Below, one piece after another: positions 1 through 12,776 of a DNA stretch of 64,000 nucleotides. Position 1 is the first letter of the stretch. Every line of letters begins with the position of its first letter. Where the stretch lies: contig NC_135830.1 in assembly GCF_964213995.1 (NCBI RefSeq), positions 5,766,001-5,830,000 of the forward strand, given 5' to 3'. The position numbers and the translations under genes are program-made. This DNA comes from Mustelus asterias (taxonomy: Eukaryota). The notes below the pieces were generated by a model. It made no database searches. It was not told the DNA's origin and saw nothing but the letters and a program-made list of their open reading frames with translations.

Positions 1-105
1 ACATTGGTGTAGAATTCGTTGACAGATAAGAAACAGAGAATGGAAATACATGGGTCTTTTTCCGAGTGGCAGTTAGCGACTGATGGGGTACTTCAGGATC
101 CCGAC

Positions 106-383
106 TTATTTTATTTATTTATTAGTCAAATGTCGGCTTACGTTAACAATGCAATGAAGTTACTGTGAAAAACCTCGAGTCACCACACTCCAGCGCCTGT
201 TCGGGTACACTGAGGGAGAGGTTAGCATGGCCAATGTCCCTAAGCTGCACGTCCTTCGGATTGTTGGAGGAAACCGGGGAACCCAGAAGAAATCCACATA
301 AGCACGGGGAGAACGTGCAGACTCCGTACAGAAAATGACCCAAGCCGGGAAGCGAACCCGGTCCCCGACGCTGTGCCACCGTG
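106..383 (-). mobile_element. tRNA-derived V-type SINE (HE1-like)
   Basis: Reverse complement of cacggtggcacag..gggaccgggttcg..gcacgttctccccgtg..cacagtaacttcattgca..aataaataa; the same family recurs more than 10 times in the window. Confidence 0.8.
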
Positions 384-900
384 GGATCTGGATAAGGAAA
401 TCAAATGTATCATGTCCTAAGCGGCTGGCGATATATAACTGTGAGCTATGAGGAGGGTGCAGTGACTTGTGAGCTGTGAGGAGGATGCAGGGGGGCTTCA
501 ATGTGATCTGGACAAGTTGTGTGAATGGGTGAACATGTGGCAGCTGCAGTACAACGTGGTTCAATGTACAGTTATATACGTGTGTAATGCACAAAACAAT
601 ATATATTTGGAAGTGTGATGTACAAATGGATCTGGGTATCCTTGTACACCAACCAATGAAATCGGAGAGGTATGTGCAGCAAGCAATTAGGAAGGCCTTC
701 GTTGCAAGAAGATTTGAGTTCGGAATTAGGGAAGTCTTACTGCAGTAATGCTGGGTCTTCATAAGACCACATCTGGTGTAATGCGTGTAGATTTGATCTC
801 CCTCCCTAAGAAAGGGACTCTGGCGAGTGCAGCTGATACCCGGATTGGTGGGACTGTCCTATAAGGCGAAATTGATTCGACCGGGCCTGTATTCACTCGA

Positions 901-1022
901 CTGACCTAATGAAGGAGCAGCACTCGGAAAGCTCGTGAGTCCAAATAAACATGTTGGACTTTAACCTGGCGTTGCGAGACTTACTGTACCCACCCTAGTG
1001 CAACGCTGGCATCTCCACCTCA
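901..1022 (+). mobile_element. ~120-bp Penelope-like mini-element with degenerate hammerhead core
   Basis: Flanked by a 13-bp direct repeat tgtattcactcga (888-900, 1023-1035); homologous to 53090-53218, 46540-46660 (-) and 61992-62051. Confidence 0.7.
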
Positions 1023-1109
1023 TGTATTCACTCGAGTTTAGACGGATGGGAAGAGATCTGATTGAAATACATAAAATTGTGATTGAAACATTCAAAACAT
1101 AACAAATGA

Positions 1110-1430
1110 GGGCGGTACAGTGGCACAGTGACTAGCACGGCTGCCTCTCAATGCGTAGCACGGCTGCCTCTCATTGCCAGGGACCTGGGTTCGATTCCCA
1201 CCTTGGGTCACTGTCTGTGCAAAGACTGCACATTCTCCCCCTATCTGCGTGGGTTTCCTTCGGGTGCTCCATTTTCCTCCCGCAGTCAGAAAGACGTGCT
1301 GATTAGGTGCATTGGCCATGCTAAATTTTCCCTCAGCGTACCTGAACAGGCGCTGGAGTGTGGCCATGGGCCCTTTCACAGTAACTTCATTGCAGTATAT
1401 GTCTATTTGTGCATTTATAATAAATGAAGT
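1110..1430 (+). mobile_element. tRNA-derived V-type SINE
   Basis: A-box tggcacagtg, B-box ggttcgattc, V-domain, tail cacagtaacttcattgcagt..aataaa. Confidence 0.8.
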
Positions 1431-1814
1431 TATGAATAATTAAACGAATTCTAACAGGGCTGGGCAGGCGAGATGAAGGAAGGACGTTTTCGCTGGTTAG
1501 GGAGTCTCAAACCAGGGATGCAGTCTCAAGACATAGGGTAGCCAATTTAGGACAGAAATTAGGAAACATTTCTTCACTTCAGAGGCTAGCGAACATACGG
1601 AGTGCTCTAGCACTGACGGCTTTGGATGTCATGCCACTGAATAGATTCAAGAAATAAATCGATCTGTGATTAGATCTTAATGGTATCAGGGGGTGTGGGC
1701 AGAATCCAATAATGTGGCCTTGAGATAGGAAATAACCCATAATCATGAAGACTGGTGGATCAGGCTCGACTGGCCTCCTCCGGCTCCTAATTTCTATGTA
1801 CCTAATGTTCAGTC

Positions 1815-2122
1815 AATGTTCTGAGGACCTGAGTTCAAATCCCGCCACGGCAGATGGTGGAACTTGAAATCAATAAAAACTATCTGGAATTAAGAATCTA
1901 TTGATGACTATGAGACCATTGTTGATAGTTGTAAAAACCCATCTTGTTTACTAATGTCCCTTTAGGGAAGGAAATCTGCCGTTCTTACCTTGTTTGACCG
2001 ACATGTGACTCCAGAGTCACAGCAATGTGGTTGACTCTCAACTGCCCTCTAAGGGCAACTGGAGATGGGCAACAAATGCTGGCCAGCCAGTAATGTGCAA
2101 GTCCCACGAATCAATAAAAAAA
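1815..2122 (+). mobile_element. Second SINE family (tRNA-like head, LINE-derived tail)
   Basis: gagttcaaatccc..ggcagatggtggaa..gggaaggaaatctgccg..gatgggcaacaaatgctggcc; other copies at ~15005-15350, 16915-17245 (-), 32430-32770, 48935-49245 (-). Confidence 0.65.
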
Positions 2123-3544
2123 GCTATGTTTAGCCTGTCTGTCCTACATGTGACTCCAGTTCCACAGTGATGAAGCTGACCCTTACGTGCCTCTGAAATT
2201 GACAAAACAGCCATTCAGGTGTTTCAAAGCTGCTGCAGAAAGTCAAACATAAATAAAACCGACCAGAGGGCAATTATTACAAAAAGGTAGTTCGCAACCG
2301 CCTTCTCAGGATGGGCAATAAATGCTGACTTTGTCAGTGATGCCCATATCCAGAGAATGAATAGAACAGTGCAAACTACTGCGAATTCCGGAAATCTAAA
2401 AGTAATACAACAAAAAAGGCAGGTCAGCGGGCATTAGCAGTGGGTGAAACAGATTCTCATTTCAGGCCGATGACAGAATGTAAAATCTCATTGATAAAAT
2501 TCGATATAACAGTACTGTTCTGCCCAGTATCCTGGCCACTCATTCTTCAACTAAAATCACAAAATTACTGTTCATTTATCACATCTCGCTTTGTGGGAGC
2601 TTCCTGTGCACCAAATCCTTGTTGTATGTCCAACATTACAGCAGTGAATAACTTCAGCGAAAATATATCAGTGAGTTTTAAATGGTTTGGGACGACCTAA
2701 CGTCAGGTAAAGCGTTATGAAAATGCAAGGCCTTTCCAAATGTTAATATTATAAAATGCAAGAATTGATATGTTAAAAGCTCTGAGATTAATGCGATTAT
2801 CGTCACTCCTCTGCCTGATGTTTTAACGTGTCTAGTTTTAGTAGATTAAATCATCAATCAAATTGACATTCAGTGGAATACCAGTCTTTTCAGACATGTT
2901 TTATTTATTCTGACATCAGAACTTTCAGAACAAATTCTTGATTAGAGGGTATTTTTTTATTTGAATTAAATAGCGTCTGGTCTATGGGTATTCACGAAGT
3001 TTCTATTGATTTTGAACCTGCTGTCAATATACTTAAAAGAAACCGCTATTTTGAATTGAAACTAATGAATAAATGACGGTTTATCTGGTTTTGCTGCCAT
3101 GAACATCTCATTGTAACCAGTGAGGTGTTTATTGGGAATAAACACAGAAATAGAAATCCCAGATTAGATTTATTGATTGACAAAAACGCAACAAATATTT
3201 CCTCATCAACACAGCACAGAAATAGAGGCGAACATGCAAATCAATCATTGGATTCCAGTTGTGATTGTTTTTTGGGCATATGTTTTCATCAGTTATATGC
3301 ACAAACCAAGCTATGATTATCAACGTTCAAAATTAGGAAAGATTCCCTCTAATCACAAAATAAAAGGACGCGGTGATTTAATGTGCTTTATCTCTCTTTG
3401 TCTTTCTCCTCTCTGATTCTGTGTCTTGTTTTGTCTCTCCACGATGGGTCATTGTCTTTACTCAACAACATCAAGTCAAACTCCAGCAAATGTATTCTCT
3501 CAGGTCTATTTTCAGGCCTCTAACTAAATGGATTTAATTCAATC

Positions 3545-3825
3545 TATAGAGAGAGCTTTTCTCCAATATGTATCTTGATCATTCCCTGTACCTAATCCTT
3601 TCTGTCCCAGCGTCCAATTGTTTCAATGGACAGTGTAGAGAGGTTTTTACTGTTTCTAAACAGTCTTCATTTGCTGGAAATGCTTGATTGAGATAGTGTG
3701 GATGGAGTTTCACTTTTTATCTATCCCGCGCTACACCTGCTTGGGAGTGTTTAATGTTGCACTGTGGAGGGAGCTTTACATTCGGTGCCTAAACACATGC
3801 TACACCTGGAATGTTTGATGGGACA
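3545..3825. repeat. Degenerate ~65-bp satellite
   Basis: Repeating gtgtagagggagctttactctgtatctaa..tgtacctg..gggagtgtttgatgggaca; longer paralogous array at ~20530-21165. Confidence 0.6.
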
Positions 3826-4759
3826 CTAGGCCCTGTCTCGATATTGCACTCATCTGTGACCTGTCTCTGCTGATGTTAAATTAACTAATCCCTATTTCGG
3901 TTTATATGAAAGAAGATTTTGTCTCTGTTCACATTACACTGGACGTACTTTCTGTTTATAATAAACTAGATGCTCTCTCTGTTTATATTACACATCACCA
4001 TGTCTCTGTTCATATTGAGATCGACAATGACTCTGCTTTTATTAATGTAGACCTGTCTCTGTACTAAACTGGATGCACTTGACCATGTCCATGTTCATTT
4101 TATATTGGGCACGGACTCAGTTATTACTGTACTAGACAATGCGCAATCATGTGAAAAGTGGCTATGGGAACACGATTCTCTGCATCCTCCTACAGATACA
4201 ACTCTGATGGATGGAGACAAGTCTTGGGAACTGGAAAAGAAGAAGTGATATTTGAAAGCTCATTCTACTGATGCATTGAAAATAGATATCAAACCCTGCG
4301 TAGCATACACTGTCGATCCAATATTTTCCGTTTCAAGATCCTGCTGAATACAGATGTTTATAGCCCAGCATATTTATGCATTATATTATCTCTCTACCTC
4401 ACAGAACCGTTGAGTAATGTTCATGTAGCCATAGTTCAGACAGAGGAATACTATAGTGCAGTAATAACAGTGACCTGGTCTCGCGAATTATAGACAGAGT
4501 CAGGATCAAATGTCATATAAACAGGGATTGGGTCTAGTGCATCATAAACTAAGCTCCGGTCAAGCGGAGTATTAACAGAGACAGGATCTATTTTAATATA
4601 AACAGAGGCCTGATGCAGTGAAATAGAAATGAGGTCGTGCCGAGTGCCTTGTAGGAAGTTAAAGGCGAAATACTGGCCTTACCAGAGACACCCACATCCC
4701 ATGAAATAAATATTTTAAAAATATGAATGACATCAACGAATACAAGAAAAACTGAGATG

Positions 4760-5110
4760 GTGTCGAGTGCAATTTAACCGAATGCAGTTACTTGCGCGAT
4801 ATAAACTGAGACATATCGTGTCAATTACTGATACAGGCCTGAACCGATATTAACGGAGGCAGAGCTTAGCGCATTACCAGTAATTACTGATACAGAATCT
4901 GGACTGACATAAACTGAGACAGAGTTCAGTGTGTTAATGATCATTACTGATGCAGGACCTAGACTGATAAAAACTGAGACAGGATTTAGTGTGTTATTAA
5001 TGACTAGAAATACGATATTTAGACTGATGTAAACTCAGAAAGAGTCTAGCGCATTGGGAATAATTACTAATATGTGATCTAGACTGGTAGACACTGAGAT
5101 ATGGACAATG
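4760..5110. repeat. 60-bp minisatellite (copy A)
   Basis: Units agactga..taaactgagacagag..agtgt.ttaa..attactgata.agg.cct repeat with a 60-bp period. Confidence 0.75.
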
Positions 5111-5364
5111 CAGCAAATTAGAGGGATCACATGATGCAATAATAACAGAGGCAGGGCACGGTGTTGAGTAAACAAATACATGCACTTGTGCAGCATTAAC
5201 TAAAACAGGGTCGAGTTTATTAGATCTAATGAACCATTAGAGTAATGACAGTGACCGAAACTTGTGTAACGCAAGACGGATGTTGCTCCAGTATGGGAGT
5301 CACAGATAAAGGTTCTGTTGCAGTAGGAATTGAGACACAGTCTCTTCCCAGATTAAAGATTTAA

Positions 5365-5646
5365 AGCTTATTTATTAGTGTCATAAGTCGGCTTTCATTC
5401 ACACTGCAATGAAGTTACTGTGAAGAACCCCGAGTGGTCACACTCCGGTGCCTGTTTGAGTACACCGAGGGAGAATTTAACATGGCCAAAATGCACCAAA
5501 CCAGCACCTCTTTCGGACGGTGAGTGGAAACCGGAGCACCCGGAGAAAACTCACGCAGACATAAGGAAAACGTGCCGACTCCACACAGACAGTCACCCAT
5601 GTTGGGAATTGAACCCGGGTCCCTGGCACTGTGCCACCGTGCCGCC
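5365..5646 (-). mobile_element. tRNA-derived V-type SINE
   Basis: Ends ..ctgtgccaccgtgccgccc; absent from duplicate copy B, so post-duplication. Confidence 0.8.
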
Positions 5647-5899
5647 CTGATTAACTGAAACATATTTCAGCACAGTCATAATTCAGAAACCATCGTGTAA
5701 ACAGGCTTTGACTTCACTTATGAACAACTGATAATGAGCCGAGTAGAGGAATAACAGAGACAGGACATGCTGTAATGAGGCTGGGACATGGCCTGTTGAA
5801 ATACAAACAGACGTGGGGGCTAGTTGAACGTTCCAGAGATATGACCTGTTCAAAATCATTTAATGAGGTTTTGCTGTCACTGGTAACGTAGGATTTGTT

Positions 5900-7410
5900 G
5901 CCACTTCTATTTTTTCCTTTGGGAATGTGCTGGTGAGCCCTCTTCTTAAATCGTTGAATTCCATATGAGTAAGTACACATACAGTGCTGATGGGAAGGGA
6001 GTTGCAAGATTTTCATCCATTGACACTGAACAAATAGTGATATAGATCCCAGTCAAGACGGTATGGAGGTTTCATGGGCATTTGCAGGTAATTGTATTCT
6101 CCTGCATCTGCTGCCCTTGCCATTTTAGTATCAGAGTTAATGTGTTTGGAAGTTGCTACCAAAGGATTATGTTGCTGCTATACAAGTTGTATATGGTTCA
6201 CACGGCTAGAGTTGTACATCTGTGATGCAGAAAGTGAATGTTTAAAGTGGTTGGTGGGGTGTTCTTCCAGCCGCCTGCTTTTTGCTGGGTGGTTTCGAGC
6301 TTTTTGGGTGTTGCTTCAGTACCACACGCCAGGCAAGTGGAGAATATTCAATCACAATCCTGACTTTTGCCTTTATATGATGGATAGGGTTTGGGAAGTC
6401 AGGAGGTGAGTTACTCCACGCACAATTCCCAGCCTCTGACCTGTTTTTGTCGCAATATTATTGACATGGCTGTCCCAGTTCAATTTTCCATCAATGGCAA
6501 TTCCCAGAATGATGATAGTGGGGTTTCAGCTGTAGTCATTCAATTAATGGCAAGCGGAGATGATTGCAATCTCTCTTACTTGAAAGGGTCATTGCCTGTC
6601 ACCTCGGTGGCGTGAATGTCACATGCCACTTCACAGCCAAAGCCTGAATGTTTTCTAAGTCTTTCTGCTTACGGACACGGACTGCCTCAGTATCTGAGAA
6701 GTTGTAAATGTGCTGAACATCGTGCAATCATCAGTGAACATCCCACTTCTGAGCTTGTATTGAAGCGTGAATATTAGGCCGAGGGCACTATCCTGAGGAG
6801 TTCCTTCAGCAAAAACCCTGTGACTGAGATGATTGGCTTTCAACAGCCACAGCCATCTTACTCTGTGCTCGGTTTGACTGAAGCCAGTGGAATGTTTTTT
6901 TCCCCGGATCCCCATTGACTGCAGCTTTGCTCGGGCTTCTTGATGCCACAATCGGTCAAGTGCTGTGTTGATGTCGAGGGCCGGCACTCTCACCTCACCT
7001 CATTAAAGCAGCTATTTCCACTAGATTTGGACTAAGCTTAAATGATTTCTGGAACTGAGTGCCCCTAGTGGGACCCAAACAGAGCATCATTGAGCAGATT
7101 ACTATTATTTGTAGTTGTAGCAGTATTGATATTATTATATTATTATTATTTTTTAGATGATCCTTCATACTTACCATTACGTTGATCGAGTGAGGACGCA
7201 TTGGGCGGTAATTGGTCGGGTTGGGTTTGTCCTGCCTTCAGAAACAGGTCACGTCTGCCAATTTTCACACTGTTGTGTATGTGACCGTGATGTAGCTATA
7301 CTTGAATAGATTGGCTAAGGCTCAGCTAGCTCCAGAGCACAAACCGTTATTATTATTGCTGAAATATTGTCAGGATCCATAATCTTTGCAGTATCCAATG
7401 CTTTCAGCAC
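5900..7410 (-). mobile_element. Decayed non-LTR retrotransposon (CR1/L2-group) RT region
   Basis: Minus-strand ORF 6655-6993 has RT motifs ALDINTALDRLWH, GTPQDSALG, MFTDDCT; related fragments at 9095-9320, 10430-11150, 25200-26170, 27245-27470, 40660-41180. Confidence 0.7.
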
Positions 7411-7504
7411 AAGGTTAGGCCACAGATCAATCATGATCATATTGCATGGCGGAGCGGGCTCCAGGGGCTGAATGGTCTACTCCTGTTCCTATCCTCAATG
7501 TTAT

Positions 7505-7783
7505 AGAAACATAGAAACATAGAAAACTACAGCACAAAACAGGCCCTTCGGCCCCACAAGTTGTACCGAACATATCCCTATCTTTTAGGCCTACCTGTAA
7601 CCCTCCATCCTATTAAGTCCCATGTACACATCCAGGAGTCTCTTAAAAGACCCTATTGAGTTTGCCTCCACCACCACTGACGGCAGCCGATTCCAGTCGC
7701 CCACCACCCTCTGTGTGAAAAACTTACCCCTAACATTTCCCCTGTACCTACCCCCCAGCACCTTAAACCTGTGTCCTCTCGTA
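7505..7783 (-). mobile_element. CR1 LINE 3' end fragment
   Basis: (tagaaaca)n tail, then aggcccttcggccc hairpin and RT C-terminal TRGHRF-type sequence on the minus strand. Confidence 0.75.
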
Positions 7784-8249
7784 GCATGTTGAATGAATTG
7801 ACCTCCTTGGAGACTGGCATCTGTGATGTTCGGGGCATCAGGGGAAGGCAGAGATGGAACATCTTCTGCCTGAACATAGGAGCAATTGTTTCAGTCTTGT
7901 TTCTTTTCCCTTTCGTTTGAGGCTCCTGCTGCAGTTACTTGTTTAAATGTCCATCACCATTCAGGACTGCATGTGGCAGAACTGCAAAGTTAGGGTCCAG
8001 TGTAGTCTTTATTGAGGCAGTGCCTTCTTCATGTAATGTAAACCATCAAGATGCCAATTCCATCTGCTGGCAAAATTCTGCAATTACAGTTGCTGTAAAT
8101 ATATCGCTGTCAGGTATGATTTATGACAGTAATATACAAAGAATTCACATTCATAAATATAAGACCACATCCCCTTCTGCAGAAAGTGCCCAAATTTAAG
8201 GTGCAACGAATTTTTGATTAGATGTACATTGCTGAATAATACAGGTTAA

Positions 8250-9095
8250 GTTGTGTCCCGCAGGAATCTGTCTTGAGGTCTCAATTATTTACAATATTCA
8301 TAACGGCTTAGATAATGCCACAAAAAGTCAAATAATCCAAATGAGAGATCAGGGTAGTTTTTAGAAGGCACAAAATTAAATTTAGTGGATGCTCAGCGAG
8401 ATTTGGGACTTCAAGTGCATAGCTTTTTAAAATGCCACGAACTGATGCAGAAAATCGTCAAGTAGGTCACCGGAATTTTGGCCTTTGTATCTACAGGACT
8501 GGAGTATAGCGATGCAGATGTTATGCTGCAATTATGCAAAATCCTGGTCAGAGCCCACCTGGAGAACTGTGCACAGGTTTGGGCACCACACCTTTGGAAA
8601 GATTTTGGCTTTGGAAGGAGTTGAACGCAGGTTCACAAGAATTATATCTGGCCTTCAGGGGTTACGTTGCGAGGAGAAATTAGACAAATTGGGACTTTTT
8701 TTTCTCGAATTCAGAAGGTTGAGGGGTGTTCTGACAAAAATCTACAAAATATTTACGGGGTAGGATAGGGCGGATACTTTTTTTTCCACCAGTTGAAGGC
8801 TCTAGAATAAAGGGCCATAATTTTAAAAAACAACAGGGCCAAGTCGTTCAGGAGAGTTGATAGAAAGTATTTCTACACCCAGAGAGTGGTGGACTTGAGG
8901 AACTCTCTTCCGCAAAGGCCAGTGGGTGCTGGTTCAATTATTAAATTTATGTCTGAGATCGATTTTTTTATTGAACAGGGATATCAAGGGATATGGGACA
9001 AGGGCAGGTACATAGAGTTTGGCGACAGATCAGCGATGAACTTATGAATGGGGGGCGAGTTCGAGAAGGTGAATGACTTGCGTCTGCTTTTTGTA
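8250..9095 (+). mobile_element. Decayed CR1 LINE RT 3' portion
   Basis: ORF 8485-8763 contains LEGVERRFTRII..LDKLGLF.LEFRRLRG.L.KIYKI, typical CR1 ORF2 C-terminus. Confidence 0.75.
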
Positions 9096-11564
9096 TTCAT
9101 TCTTGGGACATGGGCGTCGCTGACTGGTCAGCATTTATTCCCCAGAGCAAGTTGCCCTTGAGAAGGTGATGGTGAGTTGCCTTCTTGAATCGCTGCAGTA
9201 CATGTTCTGTGGGTAGATCCACAATGCCGTTAGGGAGGAAATTTAAGGATTTTGACTCAGAGATTGTGAAGGAACGGCGACATATTTCCAAGTCAGGATG
9301 ATGAGTGGCTTGGAGGGGAAATTCTGCTCCTCTGTTCCTATGTTGCCAGGCCAGCATCAGAGCATAATGCCTCAATCCACGGTAATGTATATTTGTTCAT
9401 TTTGGTTAGAAGGAGGAATGCTGACCAGGGCGCTGTTGGAGACAATGGGACCTTTAATGTTCAGTTCAGCAAATATGGTCTTGAGGAAAATTTATTTGTT
9501 CTTCATTTCATCTGAAAGATAGTTGGGGTAATTGTCTCCTAAACCCCCCAGGAAGCAAAGGTGGAGTCTTAAGTTGAAGGAAAATGTGTGTGTCTGTGTG
9601 TGTGTCCGTGTGTTGTCTGAAAAACGTCATATTTTTTACAAATCAATTTCACAATGATAACCGACGTCCTTCCATTTAAAATAAAAAATAGACACAGAGT
9701 AAACACATCAATTTCAGAATGGTTTCTTTTTCAAATGCCACCTTTGTTGATGACTGAGAAGGACAATTTTTGAGAGGTTGGCTCTGTTACAAATGCTGCC
9801 CATGAAGCTACCAATTGTCGTTTTATGTTGTCGTTTTCTGTGTCATGAATGAGACCGAGGAGTTTTGATGGAGTGCGACTTTTTCCCAAGTATGGTAGTC
9901 CCTGCTCTGCTACCAGTGTTAAATGTCTTGATGAGGTTGACGAGGGTAAAGCTAAGTACATAGGGCATATAAAGCAGATATTTTCCAGAGTCAATCTTCC
10001 ATTATAAACACAACATTGTGCTTCAGGATAATCCGGATCTTCAAACAGATGAATGTTTTCAGATGTGTCACTGGCAATGATGTATATATATCTATAGTTG
10101 TTGCAGTGTCCTCTGGCGCCATTTTGTTCCCCGGTAGTGTTGAGCTTTTCATAGAATCATAGAATCCCTACAGTGCAGAAGGAGGCCATTCGGCCCATCG
10201 AGTCTGCACCGACCACAATCCCACCCAGGCCCTACCCCCACATATTTTACCCTTTTGAATCATGCATCTCCTGTGGCGCGCATCCTATCTTCCATTAAGA
10301 AAGAGAAGATCATAAATGTTCATAAAGTTGGTATTTATTTTCACCAATTGCCATCCATTCACAAAGTTGCATAAATTTGTTCACTAGTTATCAACCATTC
10401 ATAAACATTAATATATTTACGTTTTAATTTAAGGGATGTGATCTTTGCTGGCGAGGTCAACATTTGTTGCCTATCCCTAATTCCCCTTAATAAGATGGTG
10501 GGGAGCTACCTTCTTGAATTGCTGCGAAGCCTCTGGTGTATGTACTCACACAGTGCTGTTACAGAGGGTGTTCCAGGATTTCAATCGAGCGACAGTGAAG
10601 AAAGGGCGATATTTTTCCAAGTCAGTTATATGACTGACTTGGACTGGAATTTACAGGTGATATTCCCAGGTAACTCTTACCCCTGTCCTTCCAAATGGTA
10701 ACAATCCTGTGGTTGGAAGGTGTTGCATAAGAAGTCTTGGTGAGTTCCTGAAGTGAAACTTGTAGATGATGTACAATGCTGCTGTTGTTTGTCGGTGGTG
10801 GAGGGAGTGAGCATTTGCAAATGCTATGCCAGTCAAGCTTTGTCCTGAATGCTATAAAGCTTCTTGAATGTTGTTTGAGTTGCACTCATTCTAGCAAGTG
10901 GAGAGAACTCTATTTCACTCCTGAGTTGTTGTTTGTAGGTGGTGGACAGGTTTGGGGAGTCAGAAGGTGAGTTACTCACAGCAAGCTGACCTGATATTCC
11001 AGCCGGAGCATTTAAACATCCAGTTAATTCAGCGATTAGCCAATGGTAACCCCGACGATGTTCATAGTGGGTGATTCAGTATCGTAACATCATTGAATGA
11101 CAAGGAGCAATGGGTAGATTCTCTCTTTTTGGAGATGGTCATTGCCTGGCGCTCATATTACTAATAATCTCCAAATCACAAAAATAAATAAATAAATATT
11201 TCACAAATTATTTTCAGCATTTTAATTGGTACAAATATAGTTGCAGTTTATTTATTGTAGTTTATTGAGATTCAAATTTATTGAGGTCACTTTGGCCTTT
11301 CTGTCACCAAAGTATAAAATCTGTCCCAGAATTCAGCGGGAAGTCGAATCAAATCAGACCGAGGATAATGAGCAGCTACCCAGCAGCCTCTGCGTTTTAT
11401 TAACACGTAATCAGCTCATCATCACACATAAACCCCTGATATATAACTGGAGTGTCTAACCATTTTTAAAGTGACTGTATAACTGAAAGGACCTGTATCT
11501 AATGTTATATATAATTTATAATATCTAACATGACGTTATAGAATCTTAAGATCCAGATTAATTA

Positions 11565-11891
11565 TTCATAGAACAAAGAATCTACAGTGCAGAATGAGAC
11601 CATTGGGCCCATCGAGTCTGGAGCGACCTCAATCTTATCCAGGCCCTATTCCCGTGACCCCTCATATTAACCCCACTAATGCCCCTGACACAAGGGTTAA
11701 TTCAGCATGGCCAATCAACCTGAGCTGCATATGTTCGGACTGCAGGAGGAAACTAGAGTACCCGGAGGAAATCCACACAGACAAGGAGAGAAACTGCAAA
11801 CTCCACAAATACAGTGACCTGAGGACGGAATTGAACCCGGGTCCCTGGCGTTGTGAGGCAGCAGGGCTAACCACGATGACACCATGCCGCC
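11565..11891 (-). mobile_element. V-type SINE with CR1-derived tail
   Basis: Minus strand: ggcggcatggtg..gggacccgggttcaattcc..gactcgatgggcccaatgg..ctgcactgtag. Confidence 0.75.
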
Positions 11892-12102
11892 CTTGCACAC
11901 TTACAGAGTACTGGAAAGTCATTTACCACTTGGATCTGTCCAGTGAGTTTCACAACATTTCAATTGCCTCATTAGTTTTTTAGCCTGTTACCTTCGCTAA
12001 TTTAGGTGATGATATGTTGAGTGATTTATTGCACTAGAAAGGGCCATATGTTACAAACATTACAATCCTCCCCCTCAACCTAATCCCTCTTTCCATCTTG
12101 GA

Positions 12103-12687
12103 TTTGAAGATTTTGAAGACATCAGTGAGACTACACTTGGAATGCTGTGTACAGTTCTGGTTACCGTATTATAGAACGGATATTATTAAACGAGAAAGAA
12201 TGCAGAAAAGTTTTACTAGAATGCTACGAGGCCTTGATCGTTTGAGTTGTAGGGAGAGACTGGATAGACTGGGACTTTTTCTCCGGAACGTCGGAGACTT
12301 GGGGGGATCTTACAGATGTCTATAAAATAATGAGGTGCATAGATCAGCTCGATAGTCAATATATTTTCCCAATGGTAGAGGAGTCTAAAACGAGAGGGCA
12401 TAGGTTTAAGATGAGAGTGGAGAGATACAAAATGGTTCAGAGGGGATATTGTTTCACACAGAGTGTGGCAAGTGTCTGGAACAGGCTGCCAGAGGTAGTG
12501 GTAGAGGCGGGTATAATTTTGTCTTTTAAAAGGGGTTTAGACAGTTACATGGGTAGGATGGGTACAGAGGGTTATGGGCCAAACGCGGGAAATTGGGACA
12601 AGCTTAACGGTTAATAAAAAGGGCGGTATGGACAAGTAGGGCCGAAATGCTTGTGTCCATGCTCTCAACCTCTATGACTCTATGACT
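12103..12687 (+). mobile_element. 5'-truncated CR1 LINE
   Basis: LVRLHLECCVQFW..ESKTRGHRFK..WNRLPE; tail (ctatgact)n. Confidence 0.8.
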
Positions 12688-12776
12688 CGAGTCACCGTCA
12701 GCAGATGGAAAAAAAGTCAGACTGCTCTTAGTTCATTTGTTCCCGATATCTCGGGGATTGAATTCACCGAGAAAAT

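Larger units (their letters stand above)
1..1800 (+). mobile_element. Decayed CR1-type LINE 3' portion (RT C-terminus and tail) with nested SINE/Penelope insertions
   Basis: Resembles the RT regions of the better-preserved CR1 copies at 13700-14780 and 30100-31000 (e.g. GSFSEWQ..GVLQ, 'agaccacatctgg', hairpin tail near 1760-1800); many stops. Confidence 0.7.

Noticed and set aside
143-379. Short ORFs of the GHCLCGVCTFSPCL type seen many times
   Set aside because: Translations of SINE copies, not genes; the SINE heads are not intact tRNA genes either.
1124-1130. CACAGTG heptamers in SINE heads (also ~26803, 63965) as cryptic RSS
   Set aside because: Part of the pol III A-box; no nonamer seen at 12 or 23 bp.
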